In this document: positions 1-10,926 of the stretch, piece after piece | Layout of the letters: every line of letters starts with the position of its first letter | Position numbering within the stretch: the first letter of the stretch is position 1 | Source: Betaproteobacteria bacterium | GTDB taxonomy: Bacteria; Pseudomonadota; Gammaproteobacteria; Burkholderiales; SG8-39 | Direction of reading: 5' to 3' | Assembly (NCBI GenBank): GCA_947467435.1 | Contig: CANIIA010000006.1 | Location: forward strand, 1 to 60,145 | DNA: 60,145 bases | Notes under the pieces: model-generated | What the model was told of the DNA's origin: nothing | What the model saw: only the letters and a program-made list of their open reading frames with translations | Databases searched by the model: none | Program-made: the position numbers and the translations under genes

Positions 1-305
1 GCGCACCGATTGCCTTTACAGCTTCAGCAGGCACAGCCAACGTAGATGCGTTGCTCGCCGAAGGCATCCTACCCACACGCAGCTTGGCTGAATTACAAGT
101 GCAAGGTCTTGCGCTTCAATTATCCGCAGATGCCGATCAGCAACTGCGAGGTGCGCTCATTGATTTACCCACGCCTGACTTACCTACCGAGTATCGCGTA
201 GGCCTACAAAATTTTTACGCCATCACGCGCTATAACCGCAGTGCTTTTTATGCTGCTGCCGTCATGGATTTAGCGCACGCGCTTCGAGAACGACGCTCGC
301 GCTAG
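1..305 (+). CDS. mltB: Lytic murein transglycosylase B, C-terminal part (5' truncated by window)
   Basis: C-terminal motif NFYAITRYNRSAFYAAAV typical of MltB/SLT_2; gene continues upstream of position 1. Confidence 0.85.
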   Translation, partial: APIAFTASAGTANVDALLAEGILPTRSLAELQVQGLALQLSADADQQLRGALIDLPTPDLPTEYRVGLQNFYAITRYNRSAFYAAAVMDLAHALRERRSR

Positions 306-338
306 CCGACAACTAGACGCATGCGCCATGTCGGCACA

Positions 339-1451
339 CTACGGTGCTGGCAAAAATTTCGCTGGGTCAACCGGCTTACCGGTGCGCCGAATTTCAAAGT
401 GTAGCTTTGGCTGATCAGCATCGGTATCACCAAGCTCGGCGATCTTTTGACCCCGTGCGACTTGTTGGTCTTGCTTTACAAGAATTTCGCGATTGTGCGC
501 GTACACGCTATTAAAGTTACCTTCGTGTTTAATCACGATGAGTTTGCCGTAACCTCGAATGCCCGTGCCCACGTAAATCACGCGTCCGGGTGCGGCGGCA
601 ACAATCGGATCACCTGGCTTACCCGAAATGTCGAGTCCCTTATTGGTGCTTTCGTTAAAGCCACTCAATAATTTTCCGCGCGCGGGCCAAATAAATTCGG
701 GGGTCTCGGTGTCCCGTGCTTCGGCGGCAGGTTTAATAGGCTCTGCGGCAGGTTTTGCAACCTCTGGTGCAGGCTTCACAGCGTCAGCGGGTCGCACGGG
801 TTCAGGCTTTGGCGTGGGCGCTGCAGTTTGGGCTTTTGCCTCTGCAGCGCGTTGCATGTTCGCCAAAGTTTGATCGCTGTAGGCCAAACGCTGCGCGCGT
901 GGCTCGGTTTGTATGCCAGCCACGGCGGGTTTAGCTGTTTCTGTCACAACGCGCTGCGCCTCGGGTTTGATGGCCTCGGGCTTGGCTGGTTCGGGTTTGA
1001 CTGGTTCATCCAATGGTCGCGCAGCCACACTGCCCGAACCCTGCACAGGCGCGATCTGCACACCGGCTTCCGCCTCGGGTGGAACCACACGCAATTGCTG
1101 GCCCGCTTGAATACGATTGGGATTATCTAGCGCATTCCATCGCGCAACATCGCGATGGTCTTGTCCGTTATCCAGCGCGATGCTGTATAGGGTATCGCCA
1201 CGTTTAACTCGGTAATAGCCTTGCGGAACCGGAGCGCTCTCCGCAGTTTGGCTGCCGGTTGTTGGCGCAGCCGTTTGTGTGCTCACCCCTTGGGCCACTG
1301 GCGCACGGGATTGTGCCGTTGGTGTGGGTGAGCGCTCTCCGACGGGTGCGGGCACCACGACAGAACAAGCGTTAACGAGCGCGCTGAGTACCAATGTGAG
1401 CGCAATATTCGGATGGATGACAGGAAATGTTCTACGCACGCATTTATCCAT
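339..1451 (-). CDS. nlpD: LysM/M23 peptidase-like lipoprotein NlpD
   Basis: Lipoprotein-like signal (LVNAC), LysM YRVKRGDTLYSIA, Pro/Ala linker, M23 domain (NKGLDISG, YAHN, KLHFEIR); surE-pcm-nlpD synteny. Confidence 0.92.
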   Translation of the reverse strand: MDKCVRRTFPVIHPNIALTLVLSALVNACSVVVPAPVGERSPTPTAQSRAPVAQGVSTQTAAPTTGSQTAESAPVPQGYYRVKRGDTLYSIALDNGQDHRDVARWNALDNPNRIQAGQQLRVVPPEAEAGVQIAPVQGSGSVAARPLDEPVKPEPAKPEAIKPEAQRVVTETAKPAVAGIQTEPRAQRLAYSDQTLANMQRAAEAKAQTAAPTPKPEPVRPADAVKPAPEVAKPAAEPIKPAAEARDTETPEFIWPARGKLLSGFNESTNKGLDISGKPGDPIVAAAPGRVIYVGTGIRGYGKLIVIKHEGNFNSVYAHNREILVKQDQQVARGQKIAELGDTDADQPKLHFEIRRTGKPVDPAKFLPAP

Positions 1452-2137
1452 CAGATCTTACCTGCCTCTAAAGGAACAAAACGAACGGCATCGAGTCGTG
1501 TTTCAGTAAATCCACGGGCAGTACGATCGATGAGAACCAGTTGCTGTGTCCCGCGTCCTGCGTCCGGCGTTTTTAACGGCAGAATCATTCTGCCATTGAT
1601 TGCCAGCTGCTGAAGCAACACCTGAGGAATTTCGGGGGCGGCAGCGGCCAAAATAATCGAATCAAAGGGCGCGACCTTTTCAAGACCCGCGTTACCATCG
1701 CCGTACACCAAACGCAGGTTGGATAGTTTGAGACCCAACAGATTGCGTCTTGCGCGATCTAACAAGGCTTGGATGCGCTCAATCGAGTACACCTCGGTGG
1801 CCAGTTGTGCCAGCACCGCCGCTTGATAACCACAGCCACTTCCCACCTCTAGCACGCGGCCCAATTCACGCCCACCTTCACGCAATGCGGCAATCATACG
1901 TGCCACTACATAGGGTTGCGAGATGGTCTGACCTAAGCCAATAGGCAACGCATCGTCTTCATATGCACGATGGGCCAGCGCTTCTTCAACAAATAAATGA
2001 CGTGGCACGCGTGACATCGCACCCAACACTTTTTCGTCACGGATACCGCGATTTTCGCGTAATCGCTCCACCATACGCTCGCGCGTACGCTGCGAAGTCA
2101 TTCCAATCCCAGCAAGTTGACGCGCGTCACGCACCAC
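1451..2137 (-). CDS. pcm: Protein-L-isoaspartate O-methyltransferase
   Basis: [42 protein letters not shown] motifs. Confidence 0.95.
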   Translation of the reverse strand: MVRDARQLAGIGMTSQRTRERMVERLRENRGIRDEKVLGAMSRVPRHLFVEEALAHRAYEDDALPIGLGQTISQPYVVARMIAALREGGRELGRVLEVGSGCGYQAAVLAQLATEVYSIERIQALLDRARRNLLGLKLSNLRLVYGDGNAGLEKVAPFDSIILAAAAPEIPQVLLQQLAINGRMILPLKTPDAGRGTQQLVLIDRTARGFTETRLDAVRFVPLEAGKI

Positions 2138-2875
2138 TTAACGGGCCAACCATTGACGCACCGATTGCGCCTGCGCGTGATTCGTCAAATCAATCTGTAG
2201 CGGTGTAATCGCAACGCGACCCTGCGCTACCGCAAAAAAATCGGTACCGGGTCCGGCGTCAGCGGCCCCGCCAGCCGCACCAATCCACCAAATCGTTTGA
2301 CCACGTGGATTCGTCGACTTGACCACGGGCTCGGCTTTGTGACGTTTTCCTAGTCGCGTCATTTCTAGGCCCGTGTGTTCAGCCTGGTCTGGCACGTTGA
2401 CGTTGAGAAGCACTGGCTCCCCCAACGGTGCGCGCGCAAAACGTTCAACAAGCTCCGCCGCAACGCGGGCGGCTGTACTGAAGTGTTGACCGCTGTGACT
2501 AGCCAGCGACATAGCAATCGATGGGATACCCAACAAATACCCTTCTGTCGCTGCAGCCACGGTGCCTGAATAAATCGTGTCATCACCCATGTTGGCACCA
2601 TGATTGATGCCGGAGACAACAATGTCAGGTAAATGCTCTAAAAATCCAGTCACAGCCAAATGTACGCAATCCGTGGGGGTGCCATTCACGTAGTAAAACC
2701 CGTTGGCGGCACGACGCACACTGAGCGGCCGATCGAGTGTGAGCGAATTCGATGCTCCGCTGCGGTCACGCTCAGGCGCGACCACAGTCACCTCTCCAAG
2801 CGGCGCGAGTTGCGCAGCGAGCGCAGCCAATCCAGGTGCGAAATAGCCGTCGTCGTTTGAAAGGAGAATGCGCAC
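2138..2875 (-). CDS. surE: 5'/3'-nucleotidase SurE
   Basis: [34 protein letters not shown]; start placed at GTG 2875, not the ORF-track start 3013. Confidence 0.95.
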   Translation of the reverse strand: MRILLSNDDGYFAPGLAALAAQLAPLGEVTVVAPERDRSGASNSLTLDRPLSVRRAANGFYYVNGTPTDCVHLAVTGFLEHLPDIVVSGINHGANMGDDTIYSGTVAAATEGYLLGIPSIAMSLASHSGQHFSTAARVAAELVERFARAPLGEPVLLNVNVPDQAEHTGLEMTRLGKRHKAEPVVKSTNPRGQTIWWIGAAGGAADAGPGTDFFAVAQGRVAITPLQIDLTNHAQAQSVRQWLAR

Positions 2876-3129
2876 GTAGCGTTTATGAGGGAGAACACCA
2901 TGAGTTGCAGGTCCGCGCAGGATCCTTTGATCACTTGCACAGCCCCTACAAATGAGCGCTGATTCTAACACGCCCACTTCGTAGCGTAGACAACGTGCCC
3001 CCATCGTAGACACAACGCGATATCACCAACGCAGCATGATTGGCCGCAAATGACCCGCCAACTTTCTGGTATGTTGGGCTCGCGTATCCCCCACCCCTAT
3101 TCACGATATCTTTCACCGACAGGGCCCGC

Positions 3130-3933
3130 ATGAACCTCAATGATTGGCAGCCGCAAACAGTGCAACTTTCACGCCCCGAAGCCCACGTGTTGGTGGTGCA
3201 GTTAAATCGTCCCACCGTTGCCAACGCGCTCAATACGCAGATGGGTATCGAGCTACGCGATCTGTGGCTCGCCCTCACCCGCGATGCAGGTGATATTCGC
3301 TGCGTGGTTTACACCGCGGTTGAGTCAAAAGCGTTTTGCGCTGGTGGCGATCTAAAAGAGCGCAATGGCATGGATGTACCCACCTGGCAAAGGCAACACG
3401 AGATCTTCGAAGAAATGTTCTGGACCTTGCTTGAATTGCCGATCCCCGTGATTGCCGCAGTCAACGGACACGCCTACGCTGGCGGTTTAGAAATGGTGCT
3501 GTGCTGCGACTTTGCCTACGGCGTACCACAAGCGCGCTTTGCACTCACTGAAGTCACCATTGGCATCATGCCTGGCGCCGGCGGCACACAAAATCTACCC
3601 CGCGCGGTTGGCGAGCGTCGCGCCAAAGAAATCATTCTCACCGGCCGCCCATTCAGCGCTCAAGAGGCGCTCGATTGGGGAATTTTGAATCGCGTGGTCG
3701 AACCGCAGGACCTACTACCACAGGCACTCGACACTGCACGCCGTATTGCAGCCAATGCGCCTTTATCAGTACGGCAAGCAAAAAAGTCGATTCACTTTGG
3801 TCTGCAAATGGATTTACGGACTGGCCTTCGCTACGAAATCGAAGCGTACAACAGGCTGATTGGGACAGAAGATCGCCTAGAAGGAATCCGCGCCTTCAAC
3901 GAAAAACGTGCGCCGAAATTTGAAGGCCGTTGA
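3130..3933 (+). CDS. Enoyl-CoA hydratase/isomerase (crotonase) family protein
   Basis: AFCAGGDLKE, PVIAAVNGHAYAGG, EVTIGIMPGAGGTQNLPRAVG, EGIRAFNEKRAP; ATG at 3130. Confidence 0.9.
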   Translation: MNLNDWQPQTVQLSRPEAHVLVVQLNRPTVANALNTQMGIELRDLWLALTRDAGDIRCVVYTAVESKAFCAGGDLKERNGMDVPTWQRQHEIFEEMFWTLLELPIPVIAAVNGHAYAGGLEMVLCCDFAYGVPQARFALTEVTIGIMPGAGGTQNLPRAVGERRAKEIILTGRPFSAQEALDWGILNRVVEPQDLLPQALDTARRIAANAPLSVRQAKKSIHFGLQMDLRTGLRYEIEAYNRLIGTEDRLEGIRAFNEKRAPKFEGR

Positions 3934-3975
3934 TCACGAGCAACGCCTAAAGCGTTTGAGCGCTGCTGAGATCAA

Positions 3976-5289
3976 TCAAGGCAAGTGACGCAAGCGCTGC
4001 TCGACATACACCGCAGTCTCCGCAGGTAAATTGCCGATTGTTTTCGCCCGTCGAAACGCGTCAGCGGCTTGCGCCATGCGCTCTGTCGACTCAAGTGATA
4101 CGCCAAGCCCAACCCACCACAGCGCATTCGACTCGCTGACTTGTAACGCTTGGCGATACTCTGTGATTGCCATGTCATGACGACCGACGCGCTGTAACAG
4201 TGCTGCATGAAATGCGCGATATCCCGCATTCGTCTCCGCACCAACAGCATGGCGCTGTAACACCGTTAACGCGGCGTTTACGTCTTTTTTTTGCACAAGC
4301 AATCGTGCAAGCAACATGGCGTCCGTGTGGCGCTTGGCATCAATCGAGAGCGATTCGCGCAGTAACTGCATCGCCTCATCAAGACGTTGTGTTTCAAGCA
4401 AATGAGCCACTAAGAGTTGTCGCGCACCTTGGTGCATTGGTTCTTGCGTAATCACGGCGTGTAACAGCTCTGCCGCTTCTGCGACCCGCCCACGTAGCAA
4501 CAGCGATCGAGCACGCTGAACATCTTGGTCCGCTTTTTCTAGCGCCGAAGATCCAGCGCTAGCGTCACGGCGAACGATTTGTAAATCGGGTTTTGTCGAT
4601 TCTGCTGTTGCTGAAGTCGAAGAAGACACAGGAGGTAACGTACGAATCTGAATGCTTCCAGGCGCGGAAGGTGGATCGGTCAGCACACCGCTTGTTTGCT
4701 CATGACGAGGTAGCGCAACTCGTGAACGCCCGGACGTGCTCGGGCTAGGCTGAGTCGCGCGTGTTTCAGCCGGACGTAATTCAGCCGGACGTAATTCAGA
4801 AGGCCGTGGTTCCGCAGGCACAGCCGCAGCATACCCAAGAGGCGCGGTAAGCACCGGTGCTTCTGACACGCGTGTCGGCGTAGCAGTAATCGAAGGCACG
4901 GAAGCCAAATCATCTTGCGGTCGAAGGACATCACTGGTGATCACGGGACTCAAGGCTTCGCTTGGAGAAACCGCACTGACGCTCGGGACCGGGACGGGTG
5001 CCTCAGCGCTAGGCGTGGGCTCGATCACTGAAAAGGGCAACACGGATTGCATCGTGCGTAACAACATATCCAACTGCTGCTGGCGTTGCGCATTAAAAAC
5101 AAAAACTAAGACCCCAAGAAAAACCACCAAAATTATGAACTGCAGTGGTCGCGAAGCAATCCAGCCAGCGCGATGTTCCGTCAACGGTTGGTCAACTAAA
5201 TCGGGATAGGCAGGATGCGCCAACACATTCGTGTCGAGACTCTCGCCGCGCTGTTTGAGATCACGCAGCATTTTGTTGATGGTACTCAT
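3976..5289 (-). CDS. mshN: MSHA biogenesis TPR protein MshN-like
   Basis: MSTINKMLRDL N-terminus, one TM segment, Pro-rich linker, C-terminal TPRs (WWVGLGVSLE); ATGA overlap with mshM stop. Confidence 0.85.
   Translation of the reverse strand: MSTINKMLRDLKQRGESLDTNVLAHPAYPDLVDQPLTEHRAGWIASRPLQFIILVVFLGVLVFVFNAQRQQQLDMLLRTMQSVLPFSVIEPTPSAEAPVPVPSVSAVSPSEALSPVITSDVLRPQDDLASVPSITATPTRVSEAPVLTAPLGYAAAVPAEPRPSELRPAELRPAETRATQPSPSTSGRSRVALPRHEQTSGVLTDPPSAPGSIQIRTLPPVSSSTSATAESTKPDLQIVRRDASAGSSALEKADQDVQRARSLLLRGRVAEAAELLHAVITQEPMHQGARQLLVAHLLETQRLDEAMQLLRESLSIDAKRHTDAMLLARLLVQKKDVNAALTVLQRHAVGAETNAGYRAFHAALLQRVGRHDMAITEYRQALQVSESNALWWVGLGVSLESTERMAQAADAFRRAKTIGNLPAETAVYVEQRLRHLP
4765..4799. repeat. 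In-frame 15-bp tandem repeat (TTCAGCCGGACGTAA x2.3) in mshN linker
   Basis: Two exact copies plus a partial; encodes ELRPA-ELRPA-E. Confidence 0.8.
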
Positions 5290-6170
5290 TGCAACAAGAC
5301 CCAAAGCAGCGCGACAAACAAAGATATCAGCAGTAACCACCATGGCCAACGTGATCCGCGCTGCGCCGCTGGCGTATCTTTTGCAGCCAAGGAAATATGT
5401 CGTGCCGTAATGCGGTGCACACCTTCGCCGTACGCCAGCATCAGCGCTTTGTTGGCCAGCACATTCACAATGCGCGGTGTGCCACGACTAACGCGATGTA
5501 ACGCGCGATACGCAGGCGGTGCAAACAAGCGGGGTCCGCTATAGCCCGCGATACCCAAACGATAATCAACATAGTGGGTTAACTCAGCACGACGCAAACA
5601 ATGCAACTGCTGAGAAAAACTAATCCGCTGCAACAAAGGCCGTAACGAATCCGCGCGTAATCGTTGATCAAGCTCTGGCTGCCCAAACAACACAACCTGC
5701 AAAAGCTTTCGTTTCTCGGTTTCTAAATTGGTCAGTAAGCGGAGTGTTTCCAGCGTGTCATCCGGTGTGACTTGTGCCTCATCAAGACACACCAGCACGC
5801 GCTTTTGATCCCGAGCAGCTCGTAGCAGCGCCAAATGAATTAACTTCAATAACACATGCTGGTCAGCTTGTTCAGCGGCTGGCGCTTCAAAACGCTCCGC
5901 TAAAACCTGTAATAAAGTCAGCGGCTGGACATCAGGGTTGGGTAAATAAGCCACCAGCCAGCGTGCGTCTAACGAGGCCATCAGCTTGCGGCACAACAAA
6001 GATTTTCCTGTGCCTACCTCACCTGTAATTTTGATGAATCCCTCACCTGCACCCACGGCAACACGTAAAGTATCCAGCGCCTCTTGCATGGTTGAGCAAG
6101 GATAGAAAAATGCAGTGTCTGGGCTCATCCCAAACGGAGCTTCTCGTAAGCCAAAGTGTTGCAAGTACAT
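5286..6170 (-). CDS. mshM: ExeA-like AAA ATPase MshM
   Basis: MYLQHFGLREAPF, Walker A GEVGTGKS, DEAQ, LRLLTNLETEKRKLLQVVLFGQPEL. Confidence 0.92.
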   Translation of the reverse strand: MYLQHFGLREAPFGMSPDTAFFYPCSTMQEALDTLRVAVGAGEGFIKITGEVGTGKSLLCRKLMASLDARWLVAYLPNPDVQPLTLLQVLAERFEAPAAEQADQHVLLKLIHLALLRAARDQKRVLVCLDEAQVTPDDTLETLRLLTNLETEKRKLLQVVLFGQPELDQRLRADSLRPLLQRISFSQQLHCLRRAELTHYVDYRLGIAGYSGPRLFAPPAYRALHRVSRGTPRIVNVLANKALMLAYGEGVHRITARHISLAAKDTPAAQRGSRWPWWLLLISLFVALLWVLLQ

Positions 6171-6173
6171 CGC

Positions 6174-8000
6174 TTAACGCGCCGGCACTGAGGCTTCACC
6201 AGGAAGTAAGGTCCCCATGCGATCGCGGACCTCTCGCACATCACCACTCCAGTCGCTGTCACTTTGAATCACAGTTGGCTTAATTAAAATCACCAATTCT
6301 TTTTTGACTGAGGTCCGACTATTGCTTCGAAACGCAGCACCAATTCCTGGCAAGTCTTTGGCGCCCGGCAAACCGCTACGGTTATCCGCCGCATCTAGTT
6401 TCATCAACCCACCAATTGCGACAATATTTCCGTCGCGTACGCGCACGACACTGTCTGTCTCACTAATCGTGCTGCGTGCCAAAGGCAGGGTCACGCTGCC
6501 ACCAAACGTGGTGCCTAGATTCACGTTACGATCGTCTTGCTGAACCAAACTCACCGATGGATGAATATGCAAGATGATGCTCGAGTCTTCATCGATCTGC
6601 GGGGTGATATCTAACGCGACACCTGAAAAGAAAGGCCGCAAGGTCATCGTAGGAAACGTGGTGGTCCCACCAGTAATCGTGCTACTCGAGGAAGAACCAC
6701 CCGCGACGTTCGTAATAAAAAACTCATCTGTACCAACTTTCAGCACCGCTTTTTGGTTATTGAGCGTTGCAATGCGCGGGCTCGACAACACTTGAACACT
6801 GCCCTGTGAATCAAGAAAATTAAGCAACGCAAGAAAATTTTGCGTTTGAAACGCCAACCCAAGTAGCGCACCACCAGGTACACCGGTGAGTAACGTCCCC
6901 CCGCCGGCAGTGACGCTCATCGCACGATTTTGCGTGCCAGGCGTGATATTCAAGACGCCATTCGACTGCGCACCTGTCGGCGACAAGGAAACGCCAGGAT
7001 TCACCACCCCGCCACCGATGCGTGTGTTGCCTCCGCCAGAAAACAAACTCCAATTCACTCCTGCCTGATATTGATCTGACAATGTGACTTCAACAATCTT
7101 GGCCTCGATCACAACCTGTCGTTCAACCGAGAGACGGATTTCGCGTAGATACTGTGAGACTTGGCGCTGTTCGGAAGGTAAAGCTCGAACCACTAATAGG
7201 CCAGCTTGCGGGTTGACCACCACACTACGACCAGACTGTGACCCAATGATCTGCTGCAATGTATTGCGCAAATCATCCCAAAAATCATTGCGTACATTGG
7301 TTTGAATGCGGCTGGAATCTAAGGCTGAACTCGAGGCTGCACCAGACACCGCCCCTGCCGTGCCGGTCGCAGGTGTCGCGGGTAAAGCGCCTGGCGCACC
7401 GGTATCACCCACCGACCCAGAGGTCACACGAATGTCACTCCGTCCCACGCGATTCGCTACTAAATAGTTCACACGAAAGACACGCGTCTGCAATACCGGG
7501 GGTTGCACAAAGATGCGGTTATTCTCAATGCGATATTCATATCCATATAAATCACGCAGCGCTTCCATGACTTCAGGTACGGTCACATCTTTTAAGCGTA
7601 CGGTCACCTGTCCTGTCAGCTCTGGATGAACCAACATGTTGTAACGGGTACCACTGACCATCGCAAAAAAAACCTGACGCGCAGGCGTGTCATTGACTGA
7701 AAGGTCAAAGCGCGGCTCTGTCGCGATTAAAGGCGCATCAATCGCTGGTGCACGCAAAGGCGGCAGGAGTGCCTCTTGTACCTGCGTAGGTAAATGGGCA
7801 CGACCAGCTGCCGATGCGGCGAGCTCCATCTCAGCCGCAATTTGTGGGTGTAATTGCAACGGTGTAGGCGCTTTGGATTGACATGCCAACAATCCAAACA
7901 AAAGTGCGCATATGAAAGTAACGCTCAGGATTCGAGATGACGCATGAACCACCGACAAAACCTCGCAAGCAGACGGCCTGGTAAAAAGAGACGGGCTCAT
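6174..8000 (-). CDS. mshL: MSHA secretin MshL
   Basis: Lipobox LLAC, STN and secretin domains (RQVVIEAKIVEV, VLSSPRIATLNNQKAVLKVG, PFFSGVALDITPQI, KKELVILIKP). Confidence 0.93.
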   Translation of the reverse strand: MSPSLFTRPSACEVLSVVHASSRILSVTFICALLFGLLACQSKAPTPLQLHPQIAAEMELAASAAGRAHLPTQVQEALLPPLRAPAIDAPLIATEPRFDLSVNDTPARQVFFAMVSGTRYNMLVHPELTGQVTVRLKDVTVPEVMEALRDLYGYEYRIENNRIFVQPPVLQTRVFRVNYLVANRVGRSDIRVTSGSVGDTGAPGALPATPATGTAGAVSGAASSSALDSSRIQTNVRNDFWDDLRNTLQQIIGSQSGRSVVVNPQAGLLVVRALPSEQRQVSQYLREIRLSVERQVVIEAKIVEVTLSDQYQAGVNWSLFSGGGNTRIGGGVVNPGVSLSPTGAQSNGVLNITPGTQNRAMSVTAGGGTLLTGVPGGALLGLAFQTQNFLALLNFLDSQGSVQVLSSPRIATLNNQKAVLKVGTDEFFITNVAGGSSSSSTITGGTTTFPTMTLRPFFSGVALDITPQIDEDSSIILHIHPSVSLVQQDDRNVNLGTTFGGSVTLPLARSTISETDSVVRVRDGNIVAIGGLMKLDAADNRSGLPGAKDLPGIGAAFRSNSRTSVKKELVILIKPTVIQSDSDWSGDVREVRDRMGTLLPGEASVPAR

Positions 8001-8437
8001 GAACGATCGCCTTTGGAGGAGGGAATCGTCTTTGGAAGTACAAACGCTGGCTTAGGCGAAGGCGTTTGCGAAAATCCCGGAACCAATAAAAGTGACTGCA
8101 CCGCTCCCTGCGGATCACGTAAGCGTACGCTGTCAGCATCAATCAAAATCAGACGAAAATCACCAATACGCTCACCAATTAAAAGCGTCACGCCGTTAAT
8201 GACAGCGCGTCGACGCGAGCCCGATATCAACACCGATTGCAGTTGTAAAGTCGCGGGGGGGTTCGGCTGAAAGGTGCCACCGACCATTGGCTGCAGAACC
8301 GCTGTCCAATCTGGTGGACGGAGTGGGTCACTACTGGGATCAAGCACTGCAGGTTGTGCAGAGCACAGACGAACACCCAACAAAAGTAAGGCGAAGGTGA
8401 AAAAAAATCCAGAAAAATTGCTCAAAGTCGCATCCAA
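7997..8437 (-). CDS. mshK: MshK-like protein
   Basis: DPLRPP then LQSVLISGSRRRAVING motif; position between mshJ and mshL. Confidence 0.8.
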   Translation of the reverse strand: MDATLSNFSGFFFTFALLLLGVRLCSAQPAVLDPSSDPLRPPDWTAVLQPMVGGTFQPNPPATLQLQSVLISGSRRRAVINGVTLLIGERIGDFRLILIDADSVRLRDPQGAVQSLLLVPGFSQTPSPKPAFVLPKTIPSSKGDRS

Positions 8438-9189
8438 TCTGGATCAAGGCTAAAGGTGTAGAAGCGCAAACGCAGCGTTGCCTCAGGATAATCGCCGGCA
8501 ACTAACTCAAAACGATCCCAATAGATACGTTGCGGAATTTGTTCAGCCTCACGCAAATAGGCGAGCAAATCAAAATAAGCACCCCGCAAACCCAAATCAA
8601 TGCTGTGTCGATAAATCAAGCGTGAAGAACCAGCGTCTGATAACAACGAAGCACTGCTCTGCACAGCGGGTTCAGCAGCCGTGGGCACTGGCGCCAACAC
8701 ACTTAGTCCACTACGCTGCTCAACAACACGCGGCAAGACTTGGAAATCCACTAAATTGACACGAGGAATTTTCCCAAGCAAGTGCGCAAGGATTTGAGAC
8801 ATGGCAGCAGAATTAATGAGTGAGCGCGAATGAAGCAAGATTTTTTCTTGCAGAACCGCAGACTTTGACTGCGCAGCATCAATCGAAATACGCACAGCCA
8901 CATCAGGATCAAATTGAAATCTTGAGCGTATCGTTGGGAGTTGTTCATTCAGCGCAGCGATTCGCGTACGCTCAGCTTCAACAGATTTTTCCAATAGCGC
9001 CTGTTTGGACGATAACGGAAGTTGGACAAAGAAATGAAAAAAAGCTGTTAATACCAAAAATAAGGTCGACGTGATTAACACCTTCTCACGTAACGATAAC
9101 GCTTGAAATTTCGTATCAGTTTGCGACCAAGCTGCAGAGATCGGGGAAGATTTCAAAGAAGAGAAAATGTGCCGCATGTCAACGGCCAC
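8422..9189 (-). CDS. mshJ: MshJ-like (PilO/GspM-type) protein
   Basis: LSLREKVLI plus TM, coiled coil, IYRHSIDLGLRGAYFDLLAYL, YTFSLDPDW. Confidence 0.82.
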   Translation of the reverse strand: MAVDMRHIFSSLKSSPISAAWSQTDTKFQALSLREKVLITSTLFLVLTAFFHFFVQLPLSSKQALLEKSVEAERTRIAALNEQLPTIRSRFQFDPDVAVRISIDAAQSKSAVLQEKILLHSRSLINSAAMSQILAHLLGKIPRVNLVDFQVLPRVVEQRSGLSVLAPVPTAAEPAVQSSASLLSDAGSSRLIYRHSIDLGLRGAYFDLLAYLREAEQIPQRIYWDRFELVAGDYPEATLRLRFYTFSLDPDWMRL

Positions 9190-9847
9190 TCAAAGAAGCG
9201 TTTTCGCTGCTGATCGAAAAATCAACGTATGAAAGCGTCTCTGGAGGGTTTGCCCGCTGAGAAGCTAAACGATCCGGTGTAGCCGGCACAACTTTCGATA
9301 CATTTTTTTCTGAAAAGCGTAGATCGGCAATATGCCAACCACGTAAGGCCTCATCCGCGCCTAATTGTGACAAAAACACTGGCAACAAATCTGTCGACCG
9401 CGCACGACCTTGCAAACTAAACGGGCCACCATTCGCTGTCACAGCAATTCGAGTGAGCCAAACACCCGGTACGCGACGACGAGAAAAAGCGAGTAAATAT
9501 TCAGAAAATTTTTCATCTTTTGTTGTTAGCTTGTATTGCAATAGCGCCAACAGGGCTTCCCGCTCGACGACTTGTGACTCGACACGTTGTAAGGTGGTTT
9601 GCAATTCAGCATTTATTTGAGGCGCATGTTTTTTTGAGAGATCAATCAACTCTGTGTCAAGTAACTCAGATTGGCTCTTCAATGCATCAAGCTCGGATTG
9701 CGACCGGTCAATTTGGAGTGAAGCCCACGCCGTCCAAAGTGAACCACATAACGCGTAGATCAAAATAAATAGACAGAGCCGATTGAGCGATAAATACCGA
9801 CGTGGCGCACGCAGTTCAAGTCGAAATAAATTGATTTGCGCGATCAA
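9179..9847 (-). CDS. PilN-domain MSHA protein (MshI C-terminal half equivalent)
   Basis: QINLF N-terminus, TM, coiled coil, GVWLTRI...LQGRA PilN motif. Confidence 0.8.
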   Translation of the reverse strand: MIAQINLFRLELRAPRRYLSLNRLCLFILIYALCGSLWTAWASLQIDRSQSELDALKSQSELLDTELIDLSKKHAPQINAELQTTLQRVESQVVEREALLALLQYKLTTKDEKFSEYLLAFSRRRVPGVWLTRIAVTANGGPFSLQGRARSTDLLPVFLSQLGADEALRGWHIADLRFSEKNVSKVVPATPDRLASQRANPPETLSYVDFSISSENASLSGR

Positions 9848-10791
9848 CGTATCGCCTCAACATCCCGTAATGCTGCGCCAAGCAAATGAAATAATCGACC
9901 TTGGGCGCACAAATTTGGCACCGGGCATGGCTCGAATTCAAACCCTTGTGAAATTGGCAATAGGTGGGTTGGAATTTCTAGATGCTGGGCTAAAAAAGTA
10001 ATCGATTCACTTAGATCGATCACACCCACACATTGCAATTCCGTCACGAATGCAAAGCTGAACCGACGGGTTACGCTATCTAATGATCGCTGCACTTCTA
10101 GCAGTAAGGCCTCAAGCGATGCATGCCTAAGCACATGATCAACTGCTTGAACTTGCTGCGCTGAAACATCAATACGACGCGAGAACAACAGCGCACCGTT
10201 AAAGTTAACCGTAAACAAACAATGGCTGATCCCCACATATAAAACAGCCTGACATCTATTTTTAGGCAACAAATGATTTGCCATATTGCGTTGCGCAGTT
10301 TCTCTAACGTCTACAACACTCGCAGAGAATCCTGAATCATCTAATTGTTGGATGACCTCTGCCAATTGACTTGAGCGAGTAACCGCGATGTGCGCATACG
10401 CCGCCATACCAGAACTGTCTGGCGCAAGTGGTACGGCAATTGATTCAACAATCGCTTCTTCTACTGGATAATCAATCAAGTCTTTTGCCTTCCAGCGCAA
10501 CGCTTCGCCCAGTTCCGCAACAGGAACGCGAGGTGCTTCGAGCGTTGCAAATAAATAATCATCTGGTCCAAGCATCAGCACTCCATTCGAAACACGCGAT
10601 AAATGACTTTGCCGCAATGATTGGCTCAAGCCCTTATCACCACTCAGCCGAACTTCGCCCCAAGCGGATATTTGAATTTTTTTTGTTTGCCCAGCCTGGC
10701 AAACAATAAAACGTAACTCCCCCTCTTCCAGCGCGATGATTTGCATCTGATTATGAGTTGTCTTTGATTGAAAGGAAAAAAATTTCATCAT
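9844..10791 (-). CDS. mshI: MshI/PilM-like protein
   Basis: EAPRVP...ALRWKAKDLIDYP, ETAQRN, LLFSRRID, LEVQRSLD, LLGAALR. Confidence 0.8.
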   Translation of the reverse strand: MMKFFSFQSKTTHNQMQIIALEEGELRFIVCQAGQTKKIQISAWGEVRLSGDKGLSQSLRQSHLSRVSNGVLMLGPDDYLFATLEAPRVPVAELGEALRWKAKDLIDYPVEEAIVESIAVPLAPDSSGMAAYAHIAVTRSSQLAEVIQQLDDSGFSASVVDVRETAQRNMANHLLPKNRCQAVLYVGISHCLFTVNFNGALLFSRRIDVSAQQVQAVDHVLRHASLEALLLEVQRSLDSVTRRFSFAFVTELQCVGVIDLSESITFLAQHLEIPTHLLPISQGFEFEPCPVPNLCAQGRLFHLLGAALRDVEAIR

Positions 10792-10926
10792 TATTTCTGT
10801 TAAAAATAATTAATTTGATTTATGTATGATTTATACACAAACTGTTTGTTTATAAATCATAGAAGGTAGGTTTCATTTTCATTAGACAGTTAATTGATTT
10901 TTTATCAAAGCAACTTGGCTAATTGA

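Noticed and set aside
306-338. Absence of rpoS after nlpD
   Set aside because: Not unusual in betaproteobacteria and cannot be judged from one window.
2876-3129. Upstream extensions of surE and the enoyl-CoA hydratase, and the 110-aa ORF 2946-3278
   Set aside because: Family homology starts at 2875 and 3130; the region is a divergent promoter gap.
3934-3975. att-site duplicate of the tRNA-Pro 3' end at the far side of the MSHA locus
   Set aside because: No matching sequence and no integrase in the window, so no mobile element was called.
8255-8407. G7 and A8 tracts in mshK as phase-variation sites
   Set aside because: Short, in frame, and expected by chance.
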